From: Candidatus Anstonellaceae archaeon
GTDB lineage: Archaea; Micrarchaeota; Micrarchaeia; Anstonellales; Anstonellaceae
Length of the DNA: 64,000 nucleotides
Assembly (NCBI GenBank): GCA_038891055.1
Contig: JAWAEU010000001.1
Span: 1,475 to 65,474, forward strand
Direction of reading: 5' to 3'
How positions within the stretch are numbered: the stretch's first letter is position 1; each line of letters begins with the position of its first letter. A program made the translations under genes and the position numbers. Below are positions 45,643-56,006 of this stretch, one piece after another. The notes beneath the pieces are model-generated. The model did no database searches, was not told where the DNA came from, and saw only the letters and a list, made by a program, of their open reading frames with translations.

Positions 45643-48600
45643 TTGAAGAAATTAGTCTTTTTTTTATTTTTGTTTATTTTTTTAAATTTTGTTTTTAGTG
45701 AAGCTGTAGAAGATATAAAAATATCCTCACTTAATATAAATGCCACATGTAAAGAATTTTGGAAAAAAGACTTGCCGCCCAAACTTTTTGTGAGTAATCT
45801 TTTAGATGGTAAAAAAATCTACTCCCCATATTTGTTTTATACTTTAGAATCACTAAATCTAATTAATTGGTCAATAGATGAGGCAGATCCTACTACACTG
45901 GATGTTAACATTCCTTCTTCGTTTAACAGAGAAAAGCAATTATTAAAAGACTCATATTCTTTAGCAAAAGAAGCTAAAAATTACTATGAGTTAGCATATT
46001 TAAAATATAAAGAAATTGCACTTACTCTTAAATTTTTTAAATTACTCATGCCCATAGTTTTTCCACCATTACTATTTTTAGGAATTCAAAATGAAATCGA
46101 ATTATTGATTGATTTTTTAAACCAACCATATTCCCTAGATCTAGAGGACGATATTTTAATTTACAATATTTTTCTATTAGAAGACTATTCTTTTTATTGG
46201 GAAAAATCAATTAGTGCTGCAACTTCTTCATTGAAATATTGCACTTCTGCGCTCAACTCTTTTTTTATTTCTGTAGAAAAAAAAGCAATTTTACTTTATG
46301 AAAATGGTATTGAGGACCAAGCTTATTATGGAAAGCCAAAAGAAATTTATAATGAGTGGAAGGAGTTTGTGCAACTATCTAAAAATTATTCTATTAATAA
46401 AATAAGAAGTTCAACTGAACCTGCCATGTATGCTTGGATCTACTTTTTAGCTAACTCTGTCCAACAAACTTGTAATTTAGAAAAAATTTTTCCCTATTTT
46501 TATCCCATGGACTATTTGTTTAATAATGCATGCATCTTAAAAAATGGAAATCTGTTAGACTTTGTAATCAAAATGGATAAAAAAATGTCCATGGCTTTAG
46601 AAAGCCTGCAAGCAGAAGGAGAAGCTGCTTTCAATTCTACGTCTGCTCTAAAAACAAAAGTGGAAGAAAAAATAAAAAAGATCAATTTAGAAGAACCAAT
46701 GAGATTTAGCGGGGATGAAATATTTTCTATTCAACTCTCTGGTATTAAAATCTCAAATATAAGCGGATCTATAGAGGAGCTTTACGATTCTATGAATTCT
46801 TATTTTGCAGAAGGACAATCTTATTTCAACTCTGCTAGCAAATCTAAAAAATTGGTAGAAAAAATCTTACTTTATAAAAAATCATATTCCAGTTATGAAT
46901 TAGCAATGGAAGCAGCAGAACAACTAGAAGAGCTCTTAGCTCAAAAATCAAATATTTCTTGCTCTTATGCAGAGTCTGAATTAAACTCCCTTTCTGCTAA
47001 AATTAAAAAAGTTCAAACACAAAAAGACCATTCTCTTTTGGCAAATTTACTTGAGACTTATAACTCTGCCTCACTATTAATTGACAAAGCAAAAAATTCT
47101 AAAAAGCTTTCTGAGAAATTTTTAAACTGTAAAAAAGCTTATTTGATTATTAGCAACAGTTATAGTTCTGATGCCTCCCTTTCTATTTCTGAAGCTCTGT
47201 TAAAGAAATTTTTAGAATACATCACAGCTGGAGAAAAGATGGGGGCAGATGTTTCATTATACAAAAAAAATTATGAGCAATTTAAAAAATTACTTAGCTT
47301 AAATTATTCCTCTTTGTCTGAAGATATAGAAGCAAATATTCTCTCGATTAAAAGTTATCTTAATAATTTCATGGAAGAAGAAAACTCTCTCCACCAATCC
47401 ATTTTATATTTAGTAGAAAATTCTAAAGATACTCAAAAAGAATTTTTCAATTCCTATAATAAAAAACTAAGCCAATATAGAGAAAATAACCAGTGGAATT
47501 TATACGCTTTTAAAAATAGAAATGCTCTTATTAGTTTTTTAAGATCTTCTTTGAAACAATTGCAACAGAATATTGAGAATTATCTAAAGGATGCGATTTG
47601 TAAAAATGCCAACCTACACAAAACAACTCAAGAGGCAATAACTGTTGATCAATTATTAAAAATTTCAGGTAGTTGGGAAAGTTCAAATCCATTTAATATT
47701 GCATTCCCAAATGGACTTCAGTTTTCTTGTAAGGTAGATTTGGATATATCAAATAATGCTATAAAGTCAAAATCCTCAAACATTGAAAAAGTGATTATAT
47801 CAAATAAAACCCTTCAGATAGTTTTGTCTTCATTAGCTCCGCTTGAAAATATCTACATTAATTTTTCAGAAGATAAAAAACCGTTTTCTTCTTCACTACA
47901 AAATTGCCTTTTGACAATTAGTCCAAACAATAGGATCTCTTTAGACTCAAATTATACTATAAATGGCCTCTATTCTTCAGAAATTGTCCAATTTTTTGTG
48001 CCTTGGGATGTTGTGCTAGATAATACTCAAGCTAAATTATACAATGGATTTTCTTTTTATGATGGTGTTCTGAGCGTCAACAACAATAACTCTCCCGCGA
48101 TAAAATTTATGTTTCCACTAAATTCTCCAAAAAACCAAATTGGGGTTGCAATAAGATCTAACCTTCCAAGAAATTTAGAGAGTAGTGAAGAAAAAATAGA
48201 AGCCCAAAAAGATGGAAAATATCTCAATTCTTATAAATTAAAATTAAATTTCCCACAGTGCAAGAATATTTTTCTACAAAGAACAGAAAAATTTTCCAAC
48301 ATCTCGAATCTAAAGGTAGTATCTTCAGAAGCTAGTGTAAAAAACCTAAAACATTATTCGCTGGGAGAATCTGTTTATTGGGAGGCTTTATTAAATTCTA
48401 AATCAGATGGAAGTATAACAGTAGTTGTATCTTTTGAATTTGCAGATTTAGAGAGGTGGTTTAATTCTTCTTACAGCGAACTTTTGGCTAAGGCTAAAAA
48501 GTACAATGATGAGTATTGTATAAAATTGTTAGAAAGTGCACTTCAATCGTTTAGATCAAAAGATTATAATACAACAACAAAGAAATTAAATGAGGTTAAA

Positions 48601-49752
48601 AAACGCTTAGATTTACTTGAATTAAAAAAAGAAAAAGTGGAACTAGCACAGCAAAAAATAAAACTCATGGGGGAAAGAGTAGAGGCTCTTGAATCGCTTA
48701 TTTCCCAGGACACTAAAAAAATTTCAACCATTAGAAGTTTTGCAAATAATTTAAAAAATGCAATCGAATCTGCAAATAGAACACTGCTTGCAGACCCTGA
48801 TAATTCTATAGCTACTATAGAAAAAGCTAATGCTAAATTAAATTCAGAAATTTTAAAGCAAATAAACACCATACAACCAAAAGCACAAAAAAAGCTTGAT
48901 AATTTAATTTCAATCTACCTAGATGTTGGGTTAGATCAAGAAAATTTATCCTCAATTGCAGATGATATGGCAAAAGTAAGAGAGTTAATTATATCTGATG
49001 ATTTAATAGCCTCCCTAAAACTCCTCTATGCTGTAGAAGATAAAATAGAAGTAGAGGAAAAACTAGCAAATGATCTACTTGTCCAACAATTAGCTGAGAT
49101 GAATACTAAAAAAATCAATTTAGAGAAAATGGCGCAAGAATTAGTATTAAAATTAGATAAATATTTCTTAGAAGCAAAAACATTGGAGGAGGCAAAAACA
49201 CTATTTAAACCCCCCCTAGCAACTAAAGACGTTCAAAACTATAAAAAACCTCTTTTAAATTTATTTAAAGGCTGGGGGGAAGAAAAAACCAATTCCACAG
49301 AAATTTTAGTAAAAAATTTGAAGAAAAACCAAATAATGTTAAAAACTGCCCAAGAAGTAATAAATTCAACTTCCCAATCCTACTCTAAGGCACAAGATAA
49401 GCTGGTCAATAAAGCAAATTCTCTTCTGGCAACTGCAAAGATTCTTCTAAATTCTCCTTCTGCCAAACAAACAGAGTTAGAGGAAAAAATTTCCAAAGCT
49501 CAAGAGCTTATAAATTCTGCTGAATACTCCCAAGCAATAGTTTTATTAGAAAAATTAATGAGGTCTTTTGAACCTAATTCTACATCTTCTGACTTAGAAA
49601 AAGAAAACCTACCATTATTTGAAATAGTAGTATCTGTTGTATTTGTTTTAGCAATAGCATATATTTTGCTTAAGAGTTATAAACCAAAACCACTCCAACA
49701 AAAAAAAGAAATTAAAACCCTAAAAAAATCTCAAGAAGAACAAAACCCTTAA
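45643..49752 (+). CDS. Giant (1369 aa) secreted coiled-coil-rich surface protein with C-terminal TM anchor
   Basis: Signal peptide MKKLVFFLFLFIFLNFVFSEA, long heptad-like K/E/L segments, NxS/T sequons and a C-terminal TM (FEIVVSVVFVLAIAYILL). Confidence 0.6.
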   Translation: MKKLVFFLFLFIFLNFVFSEAVEDIKISSLNINATCKEFWKKDLPPKLFVSNLLDGKKIYSPYLFYTLESLNLINWSIDEADPTTLDVNIPSSFNREKQLLKDSYSLAKEAKNYYELAYLKYKEIALTLKFFKLLMPIVFPPLLFLGIQNEIELLIDFLNQPYSLDLEDDILIYNIFLLEDYSFYWEKSISAATSSLKYCTSALNSFFISVEKKAILLYENGIEDQAYYGKPKEIYNEWKEFVQLSKNYSINKIRSSTEPAMYAWIYFLANSVQQTCNLEKIFPYFYPMDYLFNNACILKNGNLLDFVIKMDKKMSMALESLQAEGEAAFNSTSALKTKVEEKIKKINLEEPMRFSGDEIFSIQLSGIKISNISGSIEELYDSMNSYFAEGQSYFNSASKSKKLVEKILLYKKSYSSYELAMEAAEQLEELLAQKSNISCSYAESELNSLSAKIKKVQTQKDHSLLANLLETYNSASLLIDKAKNSKKLSEKFLNCKKAYLIISNSYSSDASLSISEALLKKFLEYITAGEKMGADVSLYKKNYEQFKKLLSLNYSSLSEDIEANILSIKSYLNNFMEEENSLHQSILYLVENSKDTQKEFFNSYNKKLSQYRENNQWNLYAFKNRNALISFLRSSLKQLQQNIENYLKDAICKNANLHKTTQEAITVDQLLKISGSWESSNPFNIAFPNGLQFSCKVDLDISNNAIKSKSSNIEKVIISNKTLQIVLSSLAPLENIYINFSEDKKPFSSSLQNCLLTISPNNRISLDSNYTINGLYSSEIVQFFVPWDVVLDNTQAKLYNGFSFYDGVLSVNNNNSPAIKFMFPLNSPKNQIGVAIRSNLPRNLESSEEKIEAQKDGKYLNSYKLKLNFPQCKNIFLQRTEKFSNISNLKVVSSEASVKNLKHYSLGESVYWEALLNSKSDGSITVVVSFEFADLERWFNSSYSELLAKAKKYNDEYCIKLLESALQSFRSKDYNTTTKKLNEVKKRLDLLELKKEKVELAQQKIKLMGERVEALESLISQDTKKISTIRSFANNLKNAIESANRTLLADPDNSIATIEKANAKLNSEILKQINTIQPKAQKKLDNLISIYLDVGLDQENLSSIADDMAKVRELIISDDLIASLKLLYAVEDKIEVEEKLANDLLVQQLAEMNTKKINLEKMAQELVLKLDKYFLEAKTLEEAKTLFKPPLATKDVQNYKKPLLNLFKGWGEEKTNSTEILVKNLKKNQIMLKTAQEVINSTSQSYSKAQDKLVNKANSLLATAKILLNSPSAKQTELEEKISKAQELINSAEYSQAIVLLEKLMRSFEPNSTSSDLEKENLPLFEIVVSVVFVLAIAYILLKSYKPKPLQQKKEIKTLKKSQEEQNP

Positions 49753-49849
49753 ATTTAAAAAAGTACCAAAAAATCGACAAAATCTATTTGAAAAGATAGA
49801 ATTTGGGTGAAGATATTCCGACAAACTAGATTTTAGCTAGGTGTGGTAT

Positions 49850-52740
49850 TTTGGTTTAGTAGCAGCAGGCTACACCGCTCGCTTTTGGCTTGCGGCTTAC
49901 ACCTCTGCCCTATCAAACGGATCTGCTATCCGCCCATTAGCCTGACTCGTTTTGAGAGCTGCTTCGACCTTAGATGCTTTCAGGTCTTATCAGCTAGCGC
50001 GTAGCTGCCCGGCGATGCTATTACACAACCGGTACACCAGAGGCGCCGTACCCGTGTTCCTCTCGTACTCATGGGTACTTACTCTCAGTCAGGCAGCACT
50101 TCCAGGAGATACTACCGTACTGTCTCGCGACGTACTGAACCCAGCTCATGTAGGACTTTAATGGATGAACAACCCAACCCTTGGTGGCTCCTACACCACC
50201 AGGATGTCCTAAGCCGACAGCGATGTACCAAACCGCGGGGTCGATGTGTACTCTCGCCCGCGACGAGCCTGTTACCCCCGGGGTAGCTTGTCTGACAGCT
50301 TGGAGCCCCATCAAAAGGCTACCAAGGTTCGTTAAGCCCGGCTTTCGCCTCTGCTCTCCACGCTGTTAGGAGAACAGTCAGCCCAGCATATGTCTTTAAC
50401 CCTTAACAGTGCATTTCTGACGCACCTAAGCTGAGCATTGGGCACCCTTGTTTATTTATCGAGGGTGTACCGCCCCAGCCAAACTATCCACCTGATGCTG
50501 TCTACCCTCTAGGAGTATAAGCAGTACAAGGCAACTAAAATGGTGTTACATCGTCGCCTATCTAATGCCCGAAAGCATTAGCTTAGCGGCTCCCATTTAC
50601 TCTATGTTAGCCACCCTATACCACAACATCAGGCTATAGTAAAGCTCCACGGGGTCTTCGTTTCCCCCTGGAAGTCCACTGCATACTCACAGTGTAGTAG
50701 GTTCACCAGGTCCTGGCATGGGACAGTGGGAGAGTCGTTACGCCCTTCATGCAAGCCACCAATTAAGCGGCGAGGTATTACGCTACCTCAAGAGGGTCAG
50801 AGTTACCCCCGCTCTTTGCCGGCGCTTAGGCCCGTTGTAACAGGCTTTCACGTACCGGTAGTGAGCAGGCGTCACCCGCAATACTAACCGTTTCCGGTTT
50901 GCTGCGAGTTGTGTTTTTGATAAACAGTCGCTCTCCCCTTGTCACTGCGACCTGCTGATGCTTAAAACAACAGCAGGCACCGCTTCTCCCTAAGTTACGC
51001 GGCGAATTTGCCGAGTTCCCTATGCCAAGTTATCCTGCCACGCCTTGGCTTGTTCAGCCAGCAGCACCTGTATTAGTTCTAGGTACGGTTAGCCAAGATC
51101 GCTTTTTACTCTCTTTTCATGGGACCCAGGAATTGGGCAACTTGCGCATTCCTAAGGTTATACCATTTCTCCTGACAATCAGACTCCATGGTATTGCCTT
51201 AGTTAGACAGCCGAAGCTGCTTGCCCTATCCCAAGCCGTCGAGAGTAAAACTTGCGTTACCGCATCTACTTGGCTAGGACCGGAATATTAACCGGTTTCC
51301 CTTTCGCATAGTGGGAATTACCCCTATGCTTAGGACCGCCTAACTCTAGGCTGACGAACATCTCCTAGAAAACCGTGTGCTATGCGGCGTCCAGGATTTT
51401 CACCTGGATATGCTGTTACTAATACCAGGATATTCATAACTGGTCGGTCCATAGGAGCTTACGCCCCTACTTCTATCCAACCAGCTCGCCCCCCTACCAG
51501 CCTTGCACCCATAGAGGTGCAAGCTCTAGGGTATCGGTACTGGGCTTAGTCCCGAGCCTCTTTGAAGATTATACTCTAGACTGGTCCGCTATTACGCGTT
51601 GTTTAAAGGATGGCTGCTTCTAAGCCTACCTTCCAGCTGTTTTTGAGTATAACCTTCTTTGCGATTGACACTTAGCCCAGATTTAGGGACCTTAACCCTA
51701 GGTACGGTCGTTCCCGTAACGGCCTGCTAGCTTACCCAGCAGAACCCGACTCCCTGCTTCTTCGGCGAGTATAGATTCGAGGTTTGACGATCAGGTGAGG
51801 CCTTTCGACCCCGTTCCTGATAATCAGTGCCCTACCCTACACTCTACCTCCGCAGAGGCTATACTGAGATATACTTCGAGGGGAACCCGCTATTGCCGAG
51901 TTCGATTGGACTATCACCCCTACCCGTGGGTCACCCAAGCAGAATATACTAGCACTGGTTGCGGTCCTCCATCCACCTTCAGGTGGACTTCGACCTGCCC
52001 ACGCGTAGATCACATCGGCTTCGGGTCTGAAGGGAGTGACTGCTCGCCATTTCTGACGAGGGGGTAAACCCAACTTGCTTTCGCTTCGGCTCTCGCCTTG
52101 CCACGCCCTTCAACTCCCTGGCCCTTGCTTCGAGAAGGACGATATGACAGTGGGACTGTTCTATCGCGCTTAGCTTCACAGCTAAGCACTTTTAGAACAG
52201 TTATCCTTTCCTGCCATATCAAACTGTAGCCACTTAGTTTCAAGTTCTTTTCACCCCCCGTTTTGGGGAACTTTTCAGCTTTCCCTCGCGGTACTAGTGC
52301 GCTATCGGTCTTGGGTTATATTTAGCATTGGAAGTTGATACTCCCAAATTCACGCCACATACTCAAGTGACGCTACTCTTAAATGGCCTCTTGCCATATT
52401 CTGTCCGCACACGGGGCTATCACCCTCTATGGCTCAGCTTTCCAGCTGATTGTGCTCCAGAACATGGCTAAGTAGCCCCCTACATCTCCAGTCAGTTACC
52501 TGACTTGGATTTAGGGACGTGCTCTTTGGCTTTCACTCACCGTTACTCACCAAATCCCATTTTGGTTTCTCTTCCTGCCGGTACTAAAATGTTTTAATTC
52601 CCGGCGTGAGTTGCCCATCACAGGGACAAGGCCAGACCCCAGGATCGCAGGATTCATGCTCCTCCCCTGGGCTTATCCCAGCTTGACAGGTGGCCATTTC
52701 TACCCAAGCCAAGCTATCCACTAAGTGGCATAACAGCATA
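49850..52740 (-). rRNA. 23S ribosomal RNA (about 2.87 kb; ends approximate)
   Basis: Sharp GC-rich island. The reverse strand contains the sarcin-ricin loop AGUACGAGAGGAAC, domain V GGGGAUAACAGGCU and the 5' domain …CACUUAGUGGAUAGCUUGGCUUGG…GAUAAGCCCAGGGGAGG. It is flanked by a long inverted repeat (49805-49829 vs 52758-52798) typical of archaeal pre-rRNA processing stems. The track ORFs inside it are artefacts. Confidence 0.85.
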
Positions 52741-53030
52741 CCACACCTATTTGCTCTCTAGTTTGTCACTGCAAATGCAATTGGAACTATCTTCACCCAA
52801 TGCCATTGCCAAAAATTGGCAATGGTGAGGCAAAGCCTCTTGCTCTTGGCAGCTGCCAAGATGCAAAAAATACACTAATCTATATGTAAGATAAAATGCA
52901 TCGCAACCAACTTTTTAACAAGCATAGTTGGTGCTGATGTCAGCCTAAAATGGCTGAATTTTAAGTAGAAATAAATATATACCAACAAATATATAAATCT
53001 TTTGGTTGAAAATCTAAACTAATCTATAAA

Positions 53031-54050
53031 CTAATTCGATTTGATGGAAAATTGGTAGCTAATTTGCTCATCAGAAGGAGCAACATAAGAATAGGTTATA
53101 TTTTTTAAAATTCCACTATAATGCATACAGGGATAAAAGAAAGGCGATTCGCAAGAACTCGAACCAAATGAAAGCCAACCTCCAGAATTTGAATAAGTAG
53201 AAATACTATTTACCTCTTCTTCCAAAATTTTTTCTCCATCGAAGAAGAATTTTATAATATTTGCTTTTTTTACAAATACCAAGCTGTGAAAGTTGGTGGT
53301 ATCTACCAAATAAACTTTTTCAATAGAATTCTCACCATCACTAATTGAGATGAATAATTCGTTATCCCCATTAACATATGCCCCAATTTTACTTTGCCCA
53401 TATGGCTCAAAATAGCAAAATATTGTACCTAAATCGTTTGTATCTACAATATTTGGCTTGAAAAATAAACTTAAAAAAAATTCTTCTGAATTTAGTGAAA
53501 AATCAGAATAAAATACTGCCATATCTTTTTCAAATTTTGGATAAGAAAAAAACCACCAATTAAAGGTGTTTTTAACATTTTTTATATTTTTAGGAGTAAA
53601 GGTAGTAGTAGTTTTCTGATGAGCAAGAATAGACTGCTGGAGAGATTTAGAAGAATTTTGCTCCACGGTCAAATTAGATTGATTAGTGGTATTTTCTTGG
53701 AATTGGTTGGCACTTGAATTCAAAATCTCATTAGTATTATTAGTAAACTCAGTAGTATTATTAGTAAAATTAGAAATATTTGAATCAGAGGCCGAGGTAG
53801 AATTTTGGGTCGAATTTTCTAAAATTTGATTATCGGATAGAGAGGTAGAATTTAGATCTTCAGAATCATTTGCTAAATTTTCTTCATTACTTTCAGTAGT
53901 AAAATTAGCAACACTTTGATTAGTTTGATTAGAATTATCACTCAAATTAAAGTCTTGAGTAGTGTTTATTTCTTGCATAAAACAAATAGGAATAACTAAA
54001 ACAAAAATGAACAGCAAAAAAAAATTATTCATACAAAATATTAAAAACAA
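53031..54050 (-). CDS. Secreted surface protein with N/S/T-rich glycosylation region and C-terminal lectin-like (ConA/LamG-like) beta domain
   Basis: Signal/TM MFLIFCMNNFFLLFIFVLVIPICF, ~150 aa of Asn/Ser/Thr low-complexity sequence dense in NxT/S, then a beta-rich C-terminal domain. Confidence 0.5.
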   Translation of the reverse strand: MFLIFCMNNFFLLFIFVLVIPICFMQEINTTQDFNLSDNSNQTNQSVANFTTESNEENLANDSEDLNSTSLSDNQILENSTQNSTSASDSNISNFTNNTTEFTNNTNEILNSSANQFQENTTNQSNLTVEQNSSKSLQQSILAHQKTTTTFTPKNIKNVKNTFNWWFFSYPKFEKDMAVFYSDFSLNSEEFFLSLFFKPNIVDTNDLGTIFCYFEPYGQSKIGAYVNGDNELFISISDGENSIEKVYLVDTTNFHSLVFVKKANIIKFFFDGEKILEEEVNSISTYSNSGGWLSFGSSSCESPFFYPCMHYSGILKNITYSYVAPSDEQISYQFSIKSN

Positions 54051-54056
54051 AAAATT

Positions 54057-54860
54057 TTAAAACCCGATATATTTAAAAATTTTATCAAAGATAGACCTAA
54101 AATCTGGCCTTTTGAATGAAAATAAATTTCCCTGTAATTTACAGCCACCTATTTTTGCTGCAAATTTTTTTAATTGCACTGAAGATTTGGAATTTGGATA
54201 TGCTAATAAAACTGGCATTTTCTCTGCAATCGCTCGTGGAATATTTTGGTCTTCTGGAATTTGTGCGATTATCTTGTCTTCTAAAATTTGCTCTATTTCT
54301 GGGGTTTTTAACTCATAGGATTGGCCTGAAACTCTATTTAGCACATATAAAATTTGCTGGTCTTTTACTTTAAGTTTTTTGATAATCGAAGCAATTTTTA
54401 GAGCAGCGGACACAGATGGGATATCTGGAGTCATTACAACAACTACTATGTTGGAAGCTTCTAGAGCTTCTCTTACTTCTCTTGGAAGGCCTGGGGGGCA
54501 ATCCAAAAAACAACAATTATAGCTCTGAGAGTGAAGAACTCTAAATAATTTTGATAGGGAGGGAAGTTTTAGTTTTTTACTCAAACCATCTTCGGTAATG
54601 GATGGGAATAAACATCTCAAACCAGTAGGAGGATGAATTATTAAAGATTCTTCTAATGTCGCCTTGTTTTTTAAAAAAGAGGAGAGGCCAACATAACTGT
54701 GGGTTAAACCCAGATGAAAGGCTACTGAAGGATTATAAAAATCTAAATCAGCAATTAAACATTGGTTTTTTGCTAGAGCAGCATATATTGCTAAATTAGT
54801 TGCAATAGTTGTTTTTCCAACACCACCCTTACCAGAAACAAAGGAGATCATATGCTTCAT
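54057..54860 (-). CDS. MinD/ParA-family P-loop ATPase
   Basis: Deviant Walker A SGKGGVGKTTIATNLA and Walker B-region LIADLDF. 267 aa. Confidence 0.8.
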   Translation of the reverse strand: MKHMISFVSGKGGVGKTTIATNLAIYAALAKNQCLIADLDFYNPSVAFHLGLTHSYVGLSSFLKNKATLEESLIIHPPTGLRCLFPSITEDGLSKKLKLPSLSKLFRVLHSQSYNCCFLDCPPGLPREVREALEASNIVVVVMTPDIPSVSAALKIASIIKKLKVKDQQILYVLNRVSGQSYELKTPEIEQILEDKIIAQIPEDQNIPRAIAEKMPVLLAYPNSKSSVQLKKFAAKIGGCKLQGNLFSFKRPDFRSIFDKIFKYIGF

Positions 54861-54925
54861 AAAATAAATAACAAAAAAGATTATTTAAAACTTTCATTTT
54901 TAAATTTTTTGTTAAAAAATATATA

Positions 54926-55249
54926 TTGAAAAATTTATTGATGGAGAATATGAAAAAAATACTTGTGATATTTTTGATTTTGTTTATAAATGGGTGTATA
55001 ACTCCCTATAAAAATCCAGATTATATATGCGCTTGTATAGTTAAGCATGAAAATCCAGCCACTCAACAAATTGATGAGTCTTATGCAGGCACTATAGGTG
55101 GAAAAACTCCGCAGGAGGTTTTACAAAAGTGTAATGAAACTGCAAAAAACTCCTATTCTCAAATTTTAGAAATTAAATGCGATACTTTGAGCTGGAGCGA
55201 GTGGAATAAAAAAATTGAAAAAGAAAGGGAGATTAGAAAGGGTTCTTAA
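54926..55249 (+). CDS. Hypothetical small secreted/lipoprotein-like protein
   Basis: Signal peptide with lipobox-like FINGC; 6 Cys in 107 aa. Confidence 0.4.
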   Translation: MKNLLMENMKKILVIFLILFINGCITPYKNPDYICACIVKHENPATQQIDESYAGTIGGKTPQEVLQKCNETAKNSYSQILEIKCDTLSWSEWNKKIEKEREIRKGS

Positions 55250-55317
55250 AATTTTAAGCCTAAATTTTGAGTATATTTAAAAAATAACTTAATAAATTTA
55301 AAGAAGATAAAATATTT

Positions 55318-55950
55318 ATGAATATTTTAAATAGGCTGTTTTTATTGAGTTTTATTTTGTTAAGTGGAATTAGCTTTTCTCAACTAAAGGTTGAACTAAT
55401 AACTCCACAAAATGGACTTTATACAAACCCTGGCCCAATTAGTTTTATTTTCAATACTACAAATACCACTAGTTTAGAAGAATTGGAAGATAAAATTGAT
55501 CCAAAAAATTTAACTTGTTATTTAGTATTACAAATTGGAAATAGATATTTAAAGCAAGGCCCACTAAATTTGCCCTTAGGAGAAAAAGGAGAATTTGAAT
55601 ACAAAAGTTTTCCTCCAAATACATATATTTGGTCAGTGCAGTGCAATGGATTTTCTTCCGAATATAGAGTTTTAATAGTCCAAAACCAAAGTTTTGAGGA
55701 ATTTGTGGAACAACTAAAAACAAATAAAACAAATACTACAGCTAACAAATCAGAGAGAGAGGTAGAAAATAAAGCTCAAACAGAAAATAAAACAAACGAC
55801 CAAGACTACTCAACCCTAAGACAAAATCAAAATCAGCTGATTTTTTATTTTTTAGTTGGTTTAATTTTTTTAATAGTGTTAATTTACTTTATTGTAAACT
55901 CTCGACAAAAGCAAAAAAATCAACAAAAAAATGACAAAGAAAAAAATTAG
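55318..55950 (+). CDS. Hypothetical surface protein (signal peptide, C-terminal TM)
   Basis: MNILNRLFLLSFILLSGISFS, sequon-rich, with C-terminal TM LIFYFLVGLIFLIVLIYFIV. Confidence 0.45.
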   Translation: MNILNRLFLLSFILLSGISFSQLKVELITPQNGLYTNPGPISFIFNTTNTTSLEELEDKIDPKNLTCYLVLQIGNRYLKQGPLNLPLGEKGEFEYKSFPPNTYIWSVQCNGFSSEYRVLIVQNQSFEEFVEQLKTNKTNTTANKSEREVENKAQTENKTNDQDYSTLRQNQNQLIFYFLVGLIFLIVLIYFIVNSRQKQKNQQKNDKEKN

Positions 55951-56006
55951 ACATACAAAAATCTTTTTTAGGCAAATTAATATAAAATTTATATTAAAAT
56001 TAAATA

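Noticed and set aside
49952-52243. Ten track ORFs of 62-90 aa (for example 49952-50161, 50069-50314, 51022-51291, 51795-52067, 52010-52243) with Arg/Pro/Gly-rich products
   Set aside because: They lie entirely inside the 23S rRNA gene (GC-rich island with sarcin-ricin loop and domain V motifs). They are artefactual reading frames in structural RNA.
52806-52830. Perfect 10-bp hairpin CCATTGCCAA-AAAT-TGGCAATGG upstream of the 23S
   Set aside because: It lies within the pre-23S leader and processing region and is most simply part of the leader structure or a transcription pause site. There is no evidence for an independent element.
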